Source of the DNA: an uncultured Acidobacteriota bacterium
GTDB taxonomy: Bacteria > Acidobacteriota > Thermoanaerobaculia > UBA5066 > Gp7-AA6
Reading direction: 5' to 3'
Assembly: GCA_963764715.1 (NCBI GenBank)
Contig: CAVXTP010000017.1
Span: forward strand, 96,001-160,000
Length of the DNA stretch: 64,000 nucleotides
In this document: positions 38,866-48,172 of the stretch, one piece after another
Layout of the letters: each line of letters opens with the position of its first letter
Numbering within the stretch: the first letter of the stretch is position 1
The notes under the pieces: model-generated
The model's input: only the letters and a program-made list of their open reading frames with translations
The model's database searches: none
Told to the model about the DNA's origin: nothing
Made by a program: the position numbers and the translations under genes

Positions 38866-40011
38866 TCAGGGGTTGACGACAACCGTGCCGGTCATCGCCT
38901 GGTCGTGGACGATGCAGTAGTAGGGGAACGATCCCGCGGTGTTGAACGTGTGGGTCAGGCTGTCGCCGGACTGCGCCGGCCCGGAGCTGAACTGGCCGGC
39001 CGGGGTGCACGGGGGGCAGGGACCCGATTCGACGTTGTGCGTGCCGGACACCCAGACCCAGTGCACCGTGTCGCCGACGTGGATCGTCGACGTGCTGTTG
39101 CCGCTGACCTGGTCGACGTAGTTCGTCCCGCCCTGGCCGACGTTCACGGTCCGCGTCGAGCCGGCGGGCGGCGTCGGGGTCCGCGTCGGACTTGGCGTCG
39201 GCGTCGCATTCGGCTGGGTCGGCGTCACGGTCGGGCCGCTCGGCGTGATCGCCTGCTGCGGCAGGTCCTGCGCGCCGACGACGAAGATCGGGTCGGTCGT
39301 GTGGTTGTCGATGACCGCCGCATACGAGAAGACCGACTGCGTCGACGACACGACGATGATCGCGTTCTCGGTCGCGTGCCCGGCGCCGCCCGCCACGTCG
39401 AAGATCCGGTTGACCTGGCCGCCGGAGTGCCCGGCGATCGAGCGGGTCACGGGATTTCCGACCTGGTTGCCTCCGTCGAAGATCGTGAAGGTCACCGTGG
39501 CGGCGGCGTCCTGCGGATTGAAGACTCCGACGTTGGTGCGAAATCCGTCGCCCGGACCCCCGTTGCGGATGGACGTCAGGACCGTCGTCGGATGGGCGTC
39601 CGACGTGTCGAGCCCGCCGATGAACATCCCGACGGTGGGCGTCGGCGCCGTCGAGAACAGCCGGCTCGTCACGACGAGCTGATCGCTGTCCCCGTTGTGC
39701 TCGAACTCGATTCCGCCGGCCGAGTTCGGGGTGTTGAACTGCGACACCACGATGTCGTCGAAGGCCCGCGACTCGCGGGGCGCCAGCGTGAACGGCACCG
39801 ACGGCGTCGTGGGAGTGCAGGGGCTCGGGATGAAGCACCGGTAGCGCGCCTCGACCGCGAGCGCGTTGGTGTACGACGTGTTGAACGCGCGAACGTCCGA
39901 GAAGAACGGCGCTCCGCCGACGATCGACGCCGCCGCCGGCAGCGTGACTTCCTCGGCCAGGACCGACCCGCCCGCCAGACCCGCAAAGACCAGAAACAAG
40001 AATTTCCGCAT
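38866..40011 (-). CDS. Secreted protein with PT-rich linker and C-terminal plastocyanin/azurin-type cupredoxin
   Basis: Signal peptide; VGDTVHW..HNV..YYCIVHDQAMTGTVVV (type-1 Cu His/Cys/His/Met). Confidence 0.85.
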   Translation of the reverse strand: MRKFLFLVFAGLAGGSVLAEEVTLPAAASIVGGAPFFSDVRAFNTSYTNALAVEARYRCFIPSPCTPTTPSVPFTLAPRESRAFDDIVVSQFNTPNSAGGIEFEHNGDSDQLVVTSRLFSTAPTPTVGMFIGGLDTSDAHPTTVLTSIRNGGPGDGFRTNVGVFNPQDAAATVTFTIFDGGNQVGNPVTRSIAGHSGGQVNRIFDVAGGAGHATENAIIVVSSTQSVFSYAAVIDNHTTDPIFVVGAQDLPQQAITPSGPTVTPTQPNATPTPSPTRTPTPPAGSTRTVNVGQGGTNYVDQVSGNSTSTIHVGDTVHWVWVSGTHNVESGPCPPCTPAGQFSSGPAQSGDSLTHTFNTAGSFPYYCIVHDQAMTGTVVVNP

Positions 40012-40120
40012 GACGACCTCCTCGAGACATCCTCGAGACCGCAGGCTATGGCCCGGCCCGGCCCGCGAGGCCCCGTTTTAGGAAGCCTTCAGAATGCCGC
40101 ACGTATAATGCTCAGCCGTC

Positions 40121-41332
40121 GTGACTTCCGCTTCGTCCGCCCTGGAGTTTCTGCGCCGCGGCTCGGTCGACCTGATCGAGGAGGCGGACCTCGCCCGCAA
40201 GATCGCGCGCGGCCCGGTCACCGTCAAAGTCGGTTTCGATCCCTCCGCGCCCGACATCCACCTCGGGCACACGGTGGTCCTGCGCAAGATGCGCCACTTC
40301 CAGGACGCCGGGCACCGGGTCGTCTTCGTGATCGGCGACTTCACCGGGGCGATCGGCGATCCGTCGGGCAAGAAGACGACCCGCCCCCAGCTGACGCGCG
40401 AGGAGATCGAGGAGAACGCCCGCACGTACACGAAACAGGCGTTCAAGATCCTCGACGCGGACAAGACGGTCATCGAGTTCAACGGCAAGTGGCTGAACGC
40501 CCTCGGCGCCGCCGGGCTGGTCCGCCTGGCGTCGCGGATCACGGTCGCCCGGATCCTCGAGCGCGACGACTTCCAGAAACGCTGGAGGGCGAACCAGCCG
40601 ATCGCCCTCCACGAGCTGCTCTACCCGCTCGCCCAGGGCTACGACTCGGTGGCGCTCAAGGCCGACGTCGAGCTCGGCGGAACCGACCAGCTCTTCAACC
40701 TGCTCGTGGGCCGCGACCTGATGCGCGCCGAGGGGCTGGAGCCCCAGGTCGTCATGACGCTGCCGCTCCTCGTCGGAATCGACGGCGTCGAGAAGATGTC
40801 GAAGTCGCTCGGCAACGCGATCGGCGTCCTCGACCCGCCGGGCGAGATGTACGGCAAGGTCATGTCGATCCCCGACGCGCTCCTCTGGAGCTGGTACGAG
40901 CTCCTGACGGACGCGCCGGCCGAGGAGATCGCGGCGCGGCGCCGCCGCGTCCAGGCCGGCCAGGAGAATCCGCGCGACGCCAAGGCCGAGCTCGCGCGCC
41001 GCATCACGACGGACTTCCACGGCGCCGAGGCCGCGGACCGGGCGGCCGAGGACTTCCGCCGGGCGTTCTCGCGCGGCGAGGTGCCCGCGGACGTCGAGAC
41101 GAAGGAGCTTCCCGCCGAGGGCGGCGGCCCGGCCGCGAAGACGCTCGTGGCGCTCGGGCTCTGCCCCTCGATGCGCGACGCGCGCCGGAAGCTCGAGGAG
41201 GGAGCGCTGAAGGTCTACGCCGACGGCGCGGGCGAGCCGCGCGAGGTCCGCGATCCCGAAGAAAAGCTCGCCCGACCCGGCGCGTCGGTGCTGCGCCTGG
41301 GGCGCCGCTTCATCCGCGTGGTCTGGAAGTAA
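40121..41332 (+). CDS. tyrS: Tyrosine--tRNA ligase
   Basis: GFDPSAPDIHLGH, GDPSGK, QGYDSV, GGTDQ, KMSKS. Confidence 0.97.
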   Translation: MTSASSALEFLRRGSVDLIEEADLARKIARGPVTVKVGFDPSAPDIHLGHTVVLRKMRHFQDAGHRVVFVIGDFTGAIGDPSGKKTTRPQLTREEIEENARTYTKQAFKILDADKTVIEFNGKWLNALGAAGLVRLASRITVARILERDDFQKRWRANQPIALHELLYPLAQGYDSVALKADVELGGTDQLFNLLVGRDLMRAEGLEPQVVMTLPLLVGIDGVEKMSKSLGNAIGVLDPPGEMYGKVMSIPDALLWSWYELLTDAPAEEIAARRRRVQAGQENPRDAKAELARRITTDFHGAEAADRAAEDFRRAFSRGEVPADVETKELPAEGGGPAAKTLVALGLCPSMRDARRKLEEGALKVYADGAGEPREVRDPEEKLARPGASVLRLGRRFIRVVWK

Positions 41333-41819
41333 ACGGCACGAGGCCCGTCCCGGCCCCTTCCTCGCTCGCGCCCTCCGAGGACTTCCGCCGCGGCCGGCAG
41401 GACCGGCAGATCCCGCGCATCTGGTGCGTATGGGAGAGCAGCACGAACCCGTGACGCTCGGCGACCTCGTCCTGGAGCTGCTCGATGCGCTCCTCGAAGA
41501 ACTCGATGACGCGTCCGCAGTGGTCGCAGATCAGGTGGTCGTGGTGGTCGCCGGCCCGCAGCCGCTCGTAGCGATACCCCGCCTCTCCGATGCGCAGGCG
41601 CCCGACGATGCCGGCGTCGACCATGAGCTCGAGCGTCCGGTAGATGGTGGCGCGGGAGATCTTCTTGTGCTTGGCGCGCAGCCGCACGAGGAGCTCGTCC
41701 GCCTCGACGTGCTCATGCCGGCTGAAGAGCTCGTCGAACAGGGCCTGGCGCTCGTGCGTGAGCTTGAGCCCCCGCCGTTCCAGGTACTTGCGAAAAATCT
41801 GCAGCTCGCGCTTTTCCAT
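41310..41819 (-). CDS. fur: Fur family transcriptional regulator
   Basis: LKLTHER, ISRATIYRTL, HHDHLICDHCG, GICRSC. Confidence 0.93.
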   Translation of the reverse strand: MEKRELQIFRKYLERRGLKLTHERQALFDELFSRHEHVEADELLVRLRAKHKKISRATIYRTLELMVDAGIVGRLRIGEAGYRYERLRAGDHHDHLICDHCGRVIEFFEERIEQLQDEVAERHGFVLLSHTHQMRGICRSCRPRRKSSEGASEEGAGTGLVPFTSRPRG

Positions 41820-41822
41820 GGG

Positions 41823-41841
41823 ATTGCGACTCTGTCTCAAT
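41823..41841. promoter_or_regulatory. Putative Fur box between fur and the FTR1 gene
   Basis: ATTGCGACTCTGTCTCAAT 19-bp inverted repeat 3 nt from the fur ATG; similar to 43592-43610. Confidence 0.7.
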
Positions 41842-41902
41842 TGCGGTACTCTCCCGCTTCCAGGCCGACAAGTCAAGCCATTCAGCGAAGGGAAACGAGG
41901 CC

Positions 41903-42694
41903 ATGTGGCAGGGATTCACGATCGCGCTCCGGGAGGGCATCGAGGCGTTTCTGATCGTCGCGCTGACCCTCTCCTATCTGGCCCGGACCCGGCGGCCCGC
42001 CCTGGCGCGGGCCGTGTACGCCGGGATCGCCGCCTCGGTCGTCACGTGCGCCCTCGCCGGGTGGTTCTTCTCGCGGGCCGTCAACCAGCCCCTCTGGGAG
42101 GGGATCCTCGCGCTCGCCGCGGCGGCCCTCGTCGGCAGCCTTCTCGTCTACATGAAGCGCGTGGCCTCGCGGCTGAAGTCGGACATCGAGAGCCGGATCG
42201 AGGCGAGCGCCAGCGCGGTCGACCCCGCGCGCGCGTTCTGGGGAGTCTTCGCGTTCACCGTCCTGATGATCACGCGGGAAGGCATGGAGACCGCCCTCCT
42301 GATCGCCACGGCCCTCTTCCAGATGAAGTCCTCCGCCGTCTTCCTGGGCCTCGCGCTCGGGCTGATTTCGGCCGCGGCGATCGGCGCCCTCTGGACGCGC
42401 CTGGGGAAGGGCGTCGACCTGAAGACGCTCCTGAACGTCTCGGCGGTCTTCCTGGCGATCTTCCTCGCGCAGCTCGTCCTCTACGGGATCCACGAGCTCT
42501 CCGAGGCCCGGCTCTTCCCCGCCTCGCAGGCGATCCACGACGCCACCGAGATCCTGGGTCCGGACGGGAAGATCGGCCGGCTTCTCGCCTACGCCCTCGC
42601 CGCGATTCCGACGGTCTGGCTGGGCGGAATGTGGTGGAAGCGCTGGCGCACGCGGGGGGCCGCTCCGGCGGCGCCGCGCACGAACGCGGCCTGA
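41903..42694 (+). CDS. FTR1/EfeU family iron permease
   Basis: Two RExxE motifs (LREGIEA, TREGMET), 7 TM, GIHEL. Confidence 0.92.
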   Translation: MWQGFTIALREGIEAFLIVALTLSYLARTRRPALARAVYAGIAASVVTCALAGWFFSRAVNQPLWEGILALAAAALVGSLLVYMKRVASRLKSDIESRIEASASAVDPARAFWGVFAFTVLMITREGMETALLIATALFQMKSSAVFLGLALGLISAAAIGALWTRLGKGVDLKTLLNVSAVFLAIFLAQLVLYGIHELSEARLFPASQAIHDATEILGPDGKIGRLLAYALAAIPTVWLGGMWWKRWRTRGAAPAAPRTNAA

Positions 42695-42698
42695 GCGC

Positions 42699-43481
42699 TC
42701 AGCGCGCCGGCGCGGTCGGGCTCGGCTGATAACGGACGCCCGGGGTCACGGCGGCGCCCGACTGGATCATCGCCTCGATCACGCGCGGCGGAATTCCGTC
42801 CGCCCGCAGCTGCTGGATCTCGGCGGTCGTCAGCGCGTAGCGCCGGTTCTCCGCGCGCACCGCCTCGAGGAGCGCGTCGTCCGAGGCGCCGGCCTGCTTC
42901 ATCCGCACGATGGCCGCGTACGGTTTCTCGCCGGCGGCCGGGGTCCCGAACCACGGCTGGTCCGGCACGATGTTCGCGGGCCGGGGGGGCGTGACCACGG
43001 GCGTCGGCGTGACGGGAACGATCTTGCGCAGAAAGCCGGCCGGATGCCCGCCGCCCGACCCGCAGCCGGCCTTCGCGTCGGCGGAATGCGTGAAGTGGAT
43101 GACGTCGCGGCCCCCCGGAACGTCGACGTACTCGCCGACGAGCTCGACCCGGTCGCCCGGGACCAGGACGAGACCGTCCCCGCCACACGAGAGGTCGTGC
43201 ACCACCCTGATTCTCCCCATCATGTCCACGGGAGTGTTGCGGTCGGCGCCGGCGGGTTGCTCGGCGGCCACGAAGTACGCGTCGAGCGTGACCTCGAATT
43301 CCAGGAACTTCCGGCCGTTCTTGTGAACCGTCTTCCGCGGCGCGGTCTCGACCCGGGCCTTCGCGGTGATCTCGACGTGCGGGCTCTTGGACGACGGGGT
43401 CTTCCCCGGACGGGCCGCTCCGGCCGCCGCCACGAGAACGGCCGCCCCGAGTCCGATCGCCCGCGCCGCGCGTCGAAGCAC
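42699..43481 (-). CDS. Hypothetical secreted protein (DUF3465-like OB-fold N-domain, helical C-domain)
   Basis: Signal-like N-terminus, HD..PGDRVELVGEY..VIHFTH..HPAG; CATAAT-N6-GTG. Confidence 0.6.
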   Translation of the reverse strand: MLRRAARAIGLGAAVLVAAAGAARPGKTPSSKSPHVEITAKARVETAPRKTVHKNGRKFLEFEVTLDAYFVAAEQPAGADRNTPVDMMGRIRVVHDLSCGGDGLVLVPGDRVELVGEYVDVPGGRDVIHFTHSADAKAGCGSGGGHPAGFLRKIVPVTPTPVVTPPRPANIVPDQPWFGTPAAGEKPYAAIVRMKQAGASDDALLEAVRAENRRYALTTAEIQQLRADGIPPRVIEAMIQSGAAVTPGVRYQPSPTAPAR

Positions 43482-43552
43482 GCGGGCATTATGGGTCAGC
43501 CGCTCCCGCGGATCCCCGCCCGGGCCCCCGGAAAGGCCGGTGCGCTCTCCTC

Positions 43553-43610
43553 TTGACGGACCGCGCCCGGGCGCACTATCCTTCCGACGCGACTGAGACT
43601 GAATCTCAAT
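43553..43610 (+). promoter_or_regulatory. Sigma70 promoter and putative Fur box of the apbE operon
   Basis: TTGACG-N18-TATCCT, then ACTGAGACTGAATCTCAAT (TGAGA-N5-TCTCA) at 43592-43610. Confidence 0.7.
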
Positions 43611-43644
43611 CCAAACGGACGATGGACGAGGAACGACGACGACG

Positions 43645-44670
43645 ATGCTGCCGCTCCTGACGCTCGCCGCCGCCCTGGCGGCCCCCGCCCGGCCCGTCCT
43701 CGTCGAACGGAGGGTGTCGTCCATGGGCACCGTCCTCGCGTTGACGGTCGCCGCGCCGACGCGCGACGGGGGACTCGACGCCTCCGAGCGGGCGATCCGG
43801 GAGATCCAGCGCGTCGAGGACCTCCTGACGACCTGGCGGGACAGCCCGCTCTCCCGGCTCGACGCGGCCCCGGTCGGGGCCGAGGCCCCGCTCGACGAGG
43901 AGCTCGCCGGCCTTCTCGCGACGACCTTCGCGTGGTCGGCCCGCACGGGCCGCGCCTTCGATCCGACCGTGATGCCGATCGTCCGCGCCTGGGACCTGCG
44001 CGGCGCGGGGCGGATTCCGTCTCCGGAAGAGCTCGCCGCGGCGCACGCCGCGACGGGAACCGGGCGCTTCCGCTTCGCGGCCGACGGACGGTCCGTGGCC
44101 CGGCTCGACCCGCGCGCGGGGATCGAGGAAGGCGCGTGGGGCAAGGGCTATGCGCTCGATCGCGCCGCGGAAAGGCTCGGCGGCGACGCCGGAGCGCTGA
44201 TCGACCTGGGAGGCCAGGTGCTCGCGCGCGGGCAGGACGATGCCGGCCGCGACTGGTCCGTCGCGATCGCCGACCCGCGGCGCCGCGACCGGCCGGTCCT
44301 CGCGCTGCGCCTTTCGAACGCCTCGGCCTCGACCTCGGGTGATTCGGAACGCCGCCGCGTCGTCGCCGGGCGCCGCATCGGCCATGTGCTCGACCCGCGC
44401 ACCGGCGAGCCCGCCGAGGATTTCGGGTCCGTGACCGTGATTGCTCCCTCGGCCCTCGACGCCGACATCCTTTCGACCGCGTTCTTCGTGCTCGGTCCCG
44501 ACGCGGGCCTCGCGCTCTCGGACCGCCTGCGGCTCGAGGGAGTTCCCAACGAAGCCCTCTATCTCGTGGTCCGCGGCGACGCGCTCGAAGCGCGGTCCAG
44601 CCCCGGAGTCTCCCGATTCTTGATCTCGGTCGACACGACGGTCGTGCACGGCCTTTCGACGGAGAGGTGA
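43645..44670 (+). CDS. apbE: FAD:protein FMN transferase
   Basis: SMGT, AFDPT, GKGYALD, DLGG, STSGDSE, HVLDPRTG, ADILSTA. Confidence 0.92.
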   Translation: MLPLLTLAAALAAPARPVLVERRVSSMGTVLALTVAAPTRDGGLDASERAIREIQRVEDLLTTWRDSPLSRLDAAPVGAEAPLDEELAGLLATTFAWSARTGRAFDPTVMPIVRAWDLRGAGRIPSPEELAAAHAATGTGRFRFAADGRSVARLDPRAGIEEGAWGKGYALDRAAERLGGDAGALIDLGGQVLARGQDDAGRDWSVAIADPRRRDRPVLALRLSNASASTSGDSERRRVVAGRRIGHVLDPRTGEPAEDFGSVTVIAPSALDADILSTAFFVLGPDAGLALSDRLRLEGVPNEALYLVVRGDALEARSSPGVSRFLISVDTTVVHGLSTER

Positions 44671-44684
44671 GGAGGATTCTTCCC

Positions 44685-46187
44685 ATGCATCGAGTCTCGA
44701 GAAGCGTCGTCGCCGCCATCCTCGCCCTCTCAGGCGCGCTCGCCGCGACGGCGCAGACCCCGACCCCCTCCCCCACCCCGGCGCCGGCCGCTCCCCTCTC
44801 GCCCGAGGAGCGGATCGAGCGCCTCGAGAAGCTCCTCGCCGAAACGCGCTCGGAGCTCGCCGAGGTCAAGGCGGCCTCCACCGGCGCCGCGACCGACGCG
44901 AAGCTCGCCGAGATCGAGCGCAAGGTCGACATCCTCGCCCAGGAGATCGAAGCGATGAAGCTCGGCGAGGCGGCGGCCTCGGGAGCTCCGCCGGCCGCTC
45001 CGGGCGAGGCTCCCGCCGTGGCCGCCGCGGCCGCGCCGCCCTCGCCCCGCACCGAAAAGCAGTCCCTCGACCGCTTCGGCCTCGGCCTCTCCGCGTCCAA
45101 GATCTACGGAATCAAGCGCGGCGTTTCGATCGGCGGCTACGGCGAGGCGCTCTACCAGAACTTCTCGAGCACGAACCAGAGCGACGAGCCCTCGGACGCC
45201 GAGGACCAGATCACGCTCCTGCGGGCCGTCGTCTACCTCGGCTACAAGTTCAACGAGCACTTCGTCCTGAACTCGGAGATCGAGTACGAGAACGCCGTCG
45301 TCGCGTCCGACAAGGGCGGCGAGGCCTCGGTCGAGTTCGCCTACCTCGACTACATGCACTCGCGCGAGCTCAACGCCCGCGCCGGCCTCGTTCTTCTCCC
45401 GGTCGGCCTCGTCAACGAGCTCCACGAGCCGACGGCGTTCCTCGGCGCCCTGCGGCCGGGCGTCGACGATGTGATCATCCCGACGACGTGGCGCGAGCTC
45501 GGCGGCGGCCTGTACGGCGAGCTCGGCCCCTTCGCCTACCGCGCGTATGCCGTCAACGGGCTCAACGCCGCCGGCTTCACCCCCGACGAGGGCATCCGCG
45601 AAGGCCGTTCGGAGGGCTCGGAGGCGCCGGCGACGAACTTCGCCGTGACGGCCCGCCTCGACTTCACCGCGGTTCCGGGGCTTCTCGTCGGCGCCTCGGT
45701 CTTCTCGGGCGACTCGGGCCAGGGACAGTTCACCCCCTCGGGGCAGAAGATCAGCGGCCTGACGACGCTCTGGGACGCGCATGCGGACTGGCGCTGGCGC
45801 GGGCTGTGGCTGCGCGGCGTCTACGCCCGGACGACGATCGCCCAGGCGAACCTCATCAACCAGCTCAACGATCTCGTCGGCGAGGAGTCGATCGGCAGCG
45901 TGCAGGAGGGCTGGTATCTGCAGGGCGCCTTCGACCTCTTCTCGCTCGAGGCGGGCGGGTCGCGCGCGGCGCTCATGCCGTTCGTGCGCTACGAGCAATA
46001 CGACACGCAGGCCGAGGTCCCGCTCGGCTACGCCCGGAACCCCGAAAACGATCGCACCGATCTGACGCTCGGCCTCGCCTACAAGCCGATCGACCAGATC
46101 ATCTTCAAGGCGGACTGGCAGCAGCGGCAGAATGCGGCCCGGACCGGAGTCAACCAGTGGAACATGTCGCTCGGATACATCTTCTAG
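44685..46187 (+). CDS. Outer-membrane beta-barrel/porin with N-terminal coiled coil
   Basis: Signal peptide, coiled coil, GGYGE, SEIEYE, VEFAYLD, NELHEP, PTTWRE, terminal YIF. Confidence 0.8.
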   Translation: MHRVSRSVVAAILALSGALAATAQTPTPSPTPAPAAPLSPEERIERLEKLLAETRSELAEVKAASTGAATDAKLAEIERKVDILAQEIEAMKLGEAAASGAPPAAPGEAPAVAAAAAPPSPRTEKQSLDRFGLGLSASKIYGIKRGVSIGGYGEALYQNFSSTNQSDEPSDAEDQITLLRAVVYLGYKFNEHFVLNSEIEYENAVVASDKGGEASVEFAYLDYMHSRELNARAGLVLLPVGLVNELHEPTAFLGALRPGVDDVIIPTTWRELGGGLYGELGPFAYRAYAVNGLNAAGFTPDEGIREGRSEGSEAPATNFAVTARLDFTAVPGLLVGASVFSGDSGQGQFTPSGQKISGLTTLWDAHADWRWRGLWLRGVYARTTIAQANLINQLNDLVGEESIGSVQEGWYLQGAFDLFSLEAGGSRAALMPFVRYEQYDTQAEVPLGYARNPENDRTDLTLGLAYKPIDQIIFKADWQQRQNAARTGVNQWNMSLGYIF

Positions 46188-46189
46188 GG

Positions 46190-46751
46190 ATGAACGTCCG
46201 GCGGCGGGCGCTCGCCTTCGCGGCGGGCGCCCTGCTCGCCTCGTCGCTCGAGGCGAAGGTCTTCCTCACCCGGGAGGAGGCCCTCCGGCTGGCGTTTCCG
46301 GGCGCCGAGGTCACGCGCTCGACGGCCTACCTGACCGACGCGCAGCGGCGCGAGGCGCAGAGCGCTTTCGCGCGACCCCGAGCTCCCGGCGGCGCTCGCC
46401 GCGTACTACACGGCGGTCAAGGACGGCCGCACGGTCGGCACCGCGTACTTCGACGCGCACCTCGTCCGCACCCTGCCCGAGACGATCATGGTCGTCGTCG
46501 ATCCGCGGGGAGCGATCGCGCGGATCGAGGTCCTGTCCTTCGACGAGCCCGAGGATTACCTGCCGCGGGCCGGCTGGTACGCTCAGTTCATCGGCAAACC
46601 CCTGAACGACGAGATGTCCCTGACGCGCGGCCTCCGCCCCGTCGCCGGGGCGACGCTGACGGCGCGCGCGACGACCGACGCGGCCCGCCGCGTCCTCGCG
46701 CTCCATCGCGTCCTGCATCCGCCGCCGCCCGCCGCCTCGCCGACGCCATGA
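46190..46751 (+). CDS. Exported FMN-binding domain protein (flavinylation substrate); apparent frameshift near 46361
   Basis: Signal peptide and KVFLTREEAL in one frame; YFDAHLVRT..VLSFDEP.DY..WYAQF..VAGATLT in the next frame. Confidence 0.8.
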
Positions 46752-47185
46752 AACGCTGGGAAGCCTGGTGGAACCACGCGGCGCTCGCCGCAGTCTCGCT
46801 GACGGGGCTCGTCTACGGCATCGCCCGCTATTTCCTCCACAACCCGGACCCCGATTCGCGCCTCGGCCATCCGTGGCAGCCCGGACTGATGAAGGCGCAC
46901 ATCCTGGTGGCGCCGCTCGCCGTCTTCGGCATCGGCCTGCTGCTTCGCCGCCACGCCCTGGCGCGCATCCGCAACGGCGAATCGAACGGGCGCCGGACGG
47001 GAGCCGCGATGCTCTGGCTCGCGCTCCCGCTGGCGCTCTCGGGGTACCTCGTGCAGGTCTTCGTCAGCCAGTCCGCGACGCGGCTGACGGGCTGGTCGCA
47101 CGCCGGCCTCGGCGCGGTCTTCCTTCTCGCGTACGCCTTCCATCCCAAGCGCCGCGCCCCGTCGGACGCCGGCACGGACGAGTGA
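46748..47185 (+). CDS. 4-TM His-containing membrane protein, candidate cytochrome b (DUF4405-like)
   Basis: Four TM helices with WNH, KAH, RRH, WSH, FH; ATGA-coupled to the FMN-binding gene. Confidence 0.6.
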   Translation: MKRWEAWWNHAALAAVSLTGLVYGIARYFLHNPDPDSRLGHPWQPGLMKAHILVAPLAVFGIGLLLRRHALARIRNGESNGRRTGAAMLWLALPLALSGYLVQVFVSQSATRLTGWSHAGLGAVFLLAYAFHPKRRAPSDAGTDE

Positions 47186-47197
47186 GGCGCCGCCGCC

Positions 47198-48118
47198 TCA
47201 GAAGACGTACGTCAGGCCGGCCGTGTACGCGGGCTTGATGTCCTGGATGCCGTTCAGGTCCTCCCAAACCGGAAACTGGGCGGCCGCGCGGGCGACCAGG
47301 CCCTTGACGACGTTCACGCCAACGCGCGGCGTGATGTACAGGCTCCGGCCTCCGGTGTCCGGATCGGGCACGCCGAGAGCGTCGACCTGGTCCCGCTCCG
47401 CGTCGAGGAAGTTGACCTCCACGACGCCGTCGAGCCAGTCGGTCAGCTTGCGGTCGTAGACGAAGTTGACCTGGACGTTGTCGCCGTACTTGTAGCCGAA
47501 ATCGTTGCGCCCGGTCCCGGTGTACGCGGCGGAGAGATACAGCGACGACAGCTCGTCGACGAGATAGAGCCCCGCGAGGCCGCCGGAGAGGTTGGTCGCG
47601 CCCGTCCCCGGCTGCACGTGCTCGTCCAGTCGCACGCCCTCCTCCGAGACGTCGTTCTTGCCCCACGGCGTCTTGACCGAGAAGACCGCCGAGATCCAGG
47701 CGCGCCGCCCGAGGGGCGACTGGAACGGCGAGGACCAGAGGCGAAAGTAGGCGAAAAAGACCGGGTCGCCGAGGCCGTCGGCGGTCTCGACCTCGTCGCC
47801 TTCCGTCAGGTGATTCCACATCACGGGGACCTGGGCGACGACGGTGAAGCGCTCGCGAAACCCGTAGGAGAGCGTCGCGATCATGGAGTTGCGGACCTGC
47901 TCCTCGAGGTCCGGGCCTTCACCCTGGCTCTGGTTCAGCCGGCTCCAGTCGAGGGCGATCTGGAAGCCGCCGTAGCTGTAGAGCCCCTCGCCGAGCGCGC
48001 TGAAGACGGGATCGCTGCAACGGCACATCGAGCAGGCTCCGGCCGAGGAGGGCACGAGAGCGAGGCCGAGAATCGTGAGACTGAACGCCGCCGCCAGGCG
48101 GAGATTGCCGCGATGCAT
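47198..48118 (-). CDS. Outer-membrane beta-barrel transporter (SphA/phenol-MetA-like) with N-terminal CxxCxC
   Basis: Signal peptide then ACSMCRC; GLGD, KTPWG, QPGTG; terminal YVF. Confidence 0.75.
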   Translation of the reverse strand: MHRGNLRLAAAFSLTILGLALVPSSAGACSMCRCSDPVFSALGEGLYSYGGFQIALDWSRLNQSQGEGPDLEEQVRNSMIATLSYGFRERFTVVAQVPVMWNHLTEGDEVETADGLGDPVFFAYFRLWSSPFQSPLGRRAWISAVFSVKTPWGKNDVSEEGVRLDEHVQPGTGATNLSGGLAGLYLVDELSSLYLSAAYTGTGRNDFGYKYGDNVQVNFVYDRKLTDWLDGVVEVNFLDAERDQVDALGVPDPDTGGRSLYITPRVGVNVVKGLVARAAAQFPVWEDLNGIQDIKPAYTAGLTYVF

Positions 48119-48172
48119 CAACGACTCCTTCCTGCTCCGGCGCGCGCGCCGGAGAAACCGGGATTCCGGGGG

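Noticed and set aside
39160-39250. Repetitive CCGACG-like DNA as a repeat element
   Set aside because: Simply encodes the Pro-Thr linker of the cupredoxin protein
46350-46375. Programmed ribosomal frameshift in the FMN-binding gene (and other split genes)
   Set aside because: No slippery heptamer or stimulatory structure seen; several similar indels suggest sequencing error
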